Position numbers and translations under genes: made by a program. A stretch of 64,000 nucleotides of DNA from a virus, in IMG/VR virus record IMGVR_UViG_3300017989_000071, positions 53,645 to 117,644 of that record, one strand, 5' to 3'. The notes beneath the pieces were generated by a model. The model was not told where the DNA came from, ran no database searches, and was given only the letters and a program-made list of their open reading frames with translations. Positions 63,353 to 64,000 of the stretch are shown piece by piece. How positions within the stretch are numbered: position 1 is the first letter of the stretch; the number at the start of each line of letters is the position of its first letter.

Positions 63353-64000
63353 TTAGCCGTTGAGCTTCTTCTCCACGCCGCTGACGATGCTGCTCGTCAG
63401 CTTCTTTCCGCGCTGTTCCTGCAACGTACCCTTATCCTTGGTACGCTCGGCCAGCTTGTGCGTCTTCTTCTCGGTCCGACGCAGACCGGGAAGGCCCGTG
63501 CTCAGCCGGGGAGTCGTGCCGCCACCTTTGGGGCCGCCAAACGCCTCGACCAGCTTGTCGATCTTCCCTTCGGCTTCCTCGGCGGTCCGGACGCGCCCCA
63601 ACGCTTCCTTGATCGCCTCGCGCTTTTCGCCGTCGTAACCGTCGAGCTTGGACTCGATCACGGCATCCACTTCCGCGCTGCGCTTCTCGTCCAGCATCGC
63701 CGCAATCACCTTGCGGGACGCCTCGAACTTCTCCTTGTACTCGCTGTACTCGCCGGACTTGGCGACGAACGCGGTGATAAGCTTCTTGCTCGCACCGAGC
63801 TCTTCGTCCATCCGTTCGGCCACCCGCTTCAGGGCTTTGTGGCGGCGCAGCAACGACTCCTTGGGACGATCCTCGTCGTCCATCTCTTCGTCGTCGTCCG
63901 GCTCCTCCATGTCGTCCTGCTCGGACTTCTTGGTTTTGCGCTTCTCGGACTTGGAACCCTTCTTCTCGGGCATCTCTTCGTCGTCGTCCTCGCCGTCTTC
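63353..64000 (-). CDS. Prohead scaffold/core protein (gp22-like), partial, starts beyond the window
   Basis: Acidic/basic coiled-coil protein immediately upstream of the capsid gene. Confidence 0.65.
   Translation of the reverse strand, partial: EDGEDDDEEMPEKKGSKSEKRKTKKSEQDDMEEPDDDEEMDDEDRPKESLLRRHKALKRVAERMDEELGASKKLITAFVAKSGEYSEYKEKFEASRKVIAAMLDEKRSAEVDAVIESKLDGYDGEKREAIKEALGRVRTAEEAEGKIDKLVEAFGGPKGGGTTPRLSTGLPGLRRTEKKTHKLAERTKDKGTLQEQRGKKLTSSIVSGVEKKLNG

Noticed and set aside
1-64000. tRNA, rRNA, integrase or transposase, and alternative genetic code
   Set aside because: No cloverleaf with a TTCGA T-arm, no recombinase motifs, and genes end normally at TAA, TAG or TGA. This is a manual read, so a tRNAscan run is still advisable.

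Overview
This 64-kb window is an internal segment of a large, GC-rich myovirus-type tailed bacteriophage genome. Every credible gene is on the minus strand, and the long plus-strand ORFs are antisense shadows. Reading in the direction of transcription (right to left), there are three blocks. (i) A T4-like virion module (~64000-28180): scaffold, gp23-like major capsid, neck proteins, a ferritin-like protein, tail completion, FN3 protein, sheath, tube, tail chaperone with a probable programmed frameshift, tape measure, baseplate hub/spike/wedge, large tail-fibre-like proteins, a lysis cassette (amidase, holin-like, overlapping spanin-like pair, so probably a diderm host), gp20-like portal and a gpF-like head protein. 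(ii) An early/accessory region (~28000-10100) of hypothetical genes organised as repeated terminator / sigma70-promoter / AACGAGGAGAA-RBS cassettes. It also carries ArdC, a macrodomain, a DHH phosphoesterase, an RHH protein, UvsW-like and DnaB-like helicases, and an origin-like non-coding segment. (iii) A replication/recombination operon (10012-1): primase, a UDG-PolA fusion, UvsY-like protein, SSB, 5'-3' exonuclease, a tandem CsrA-like protein and a single-chain Mre11-Rad50 (SbcD-SbcC) fusion that runs off the left edge. The most interesting signal is a candidate post-transcriptional control system. An ~80-nt stand-alone small RNA (26101-26021) has a 5' end complementary to a GGA-NN-CUUGC motif that recurs at the translation-initiation regions of primase, the gene coupled to the helicase, another early gene and the endolysin. 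The window also holds a ~320-nt structured leader RNA with twin T-loop hairpins and a phage CsrA-like protein. All product calls come from motif recognition by eye; no database searches were run. I saw no tRNA, rRNA, CRISPR array, integrase or reverse transcriptase.
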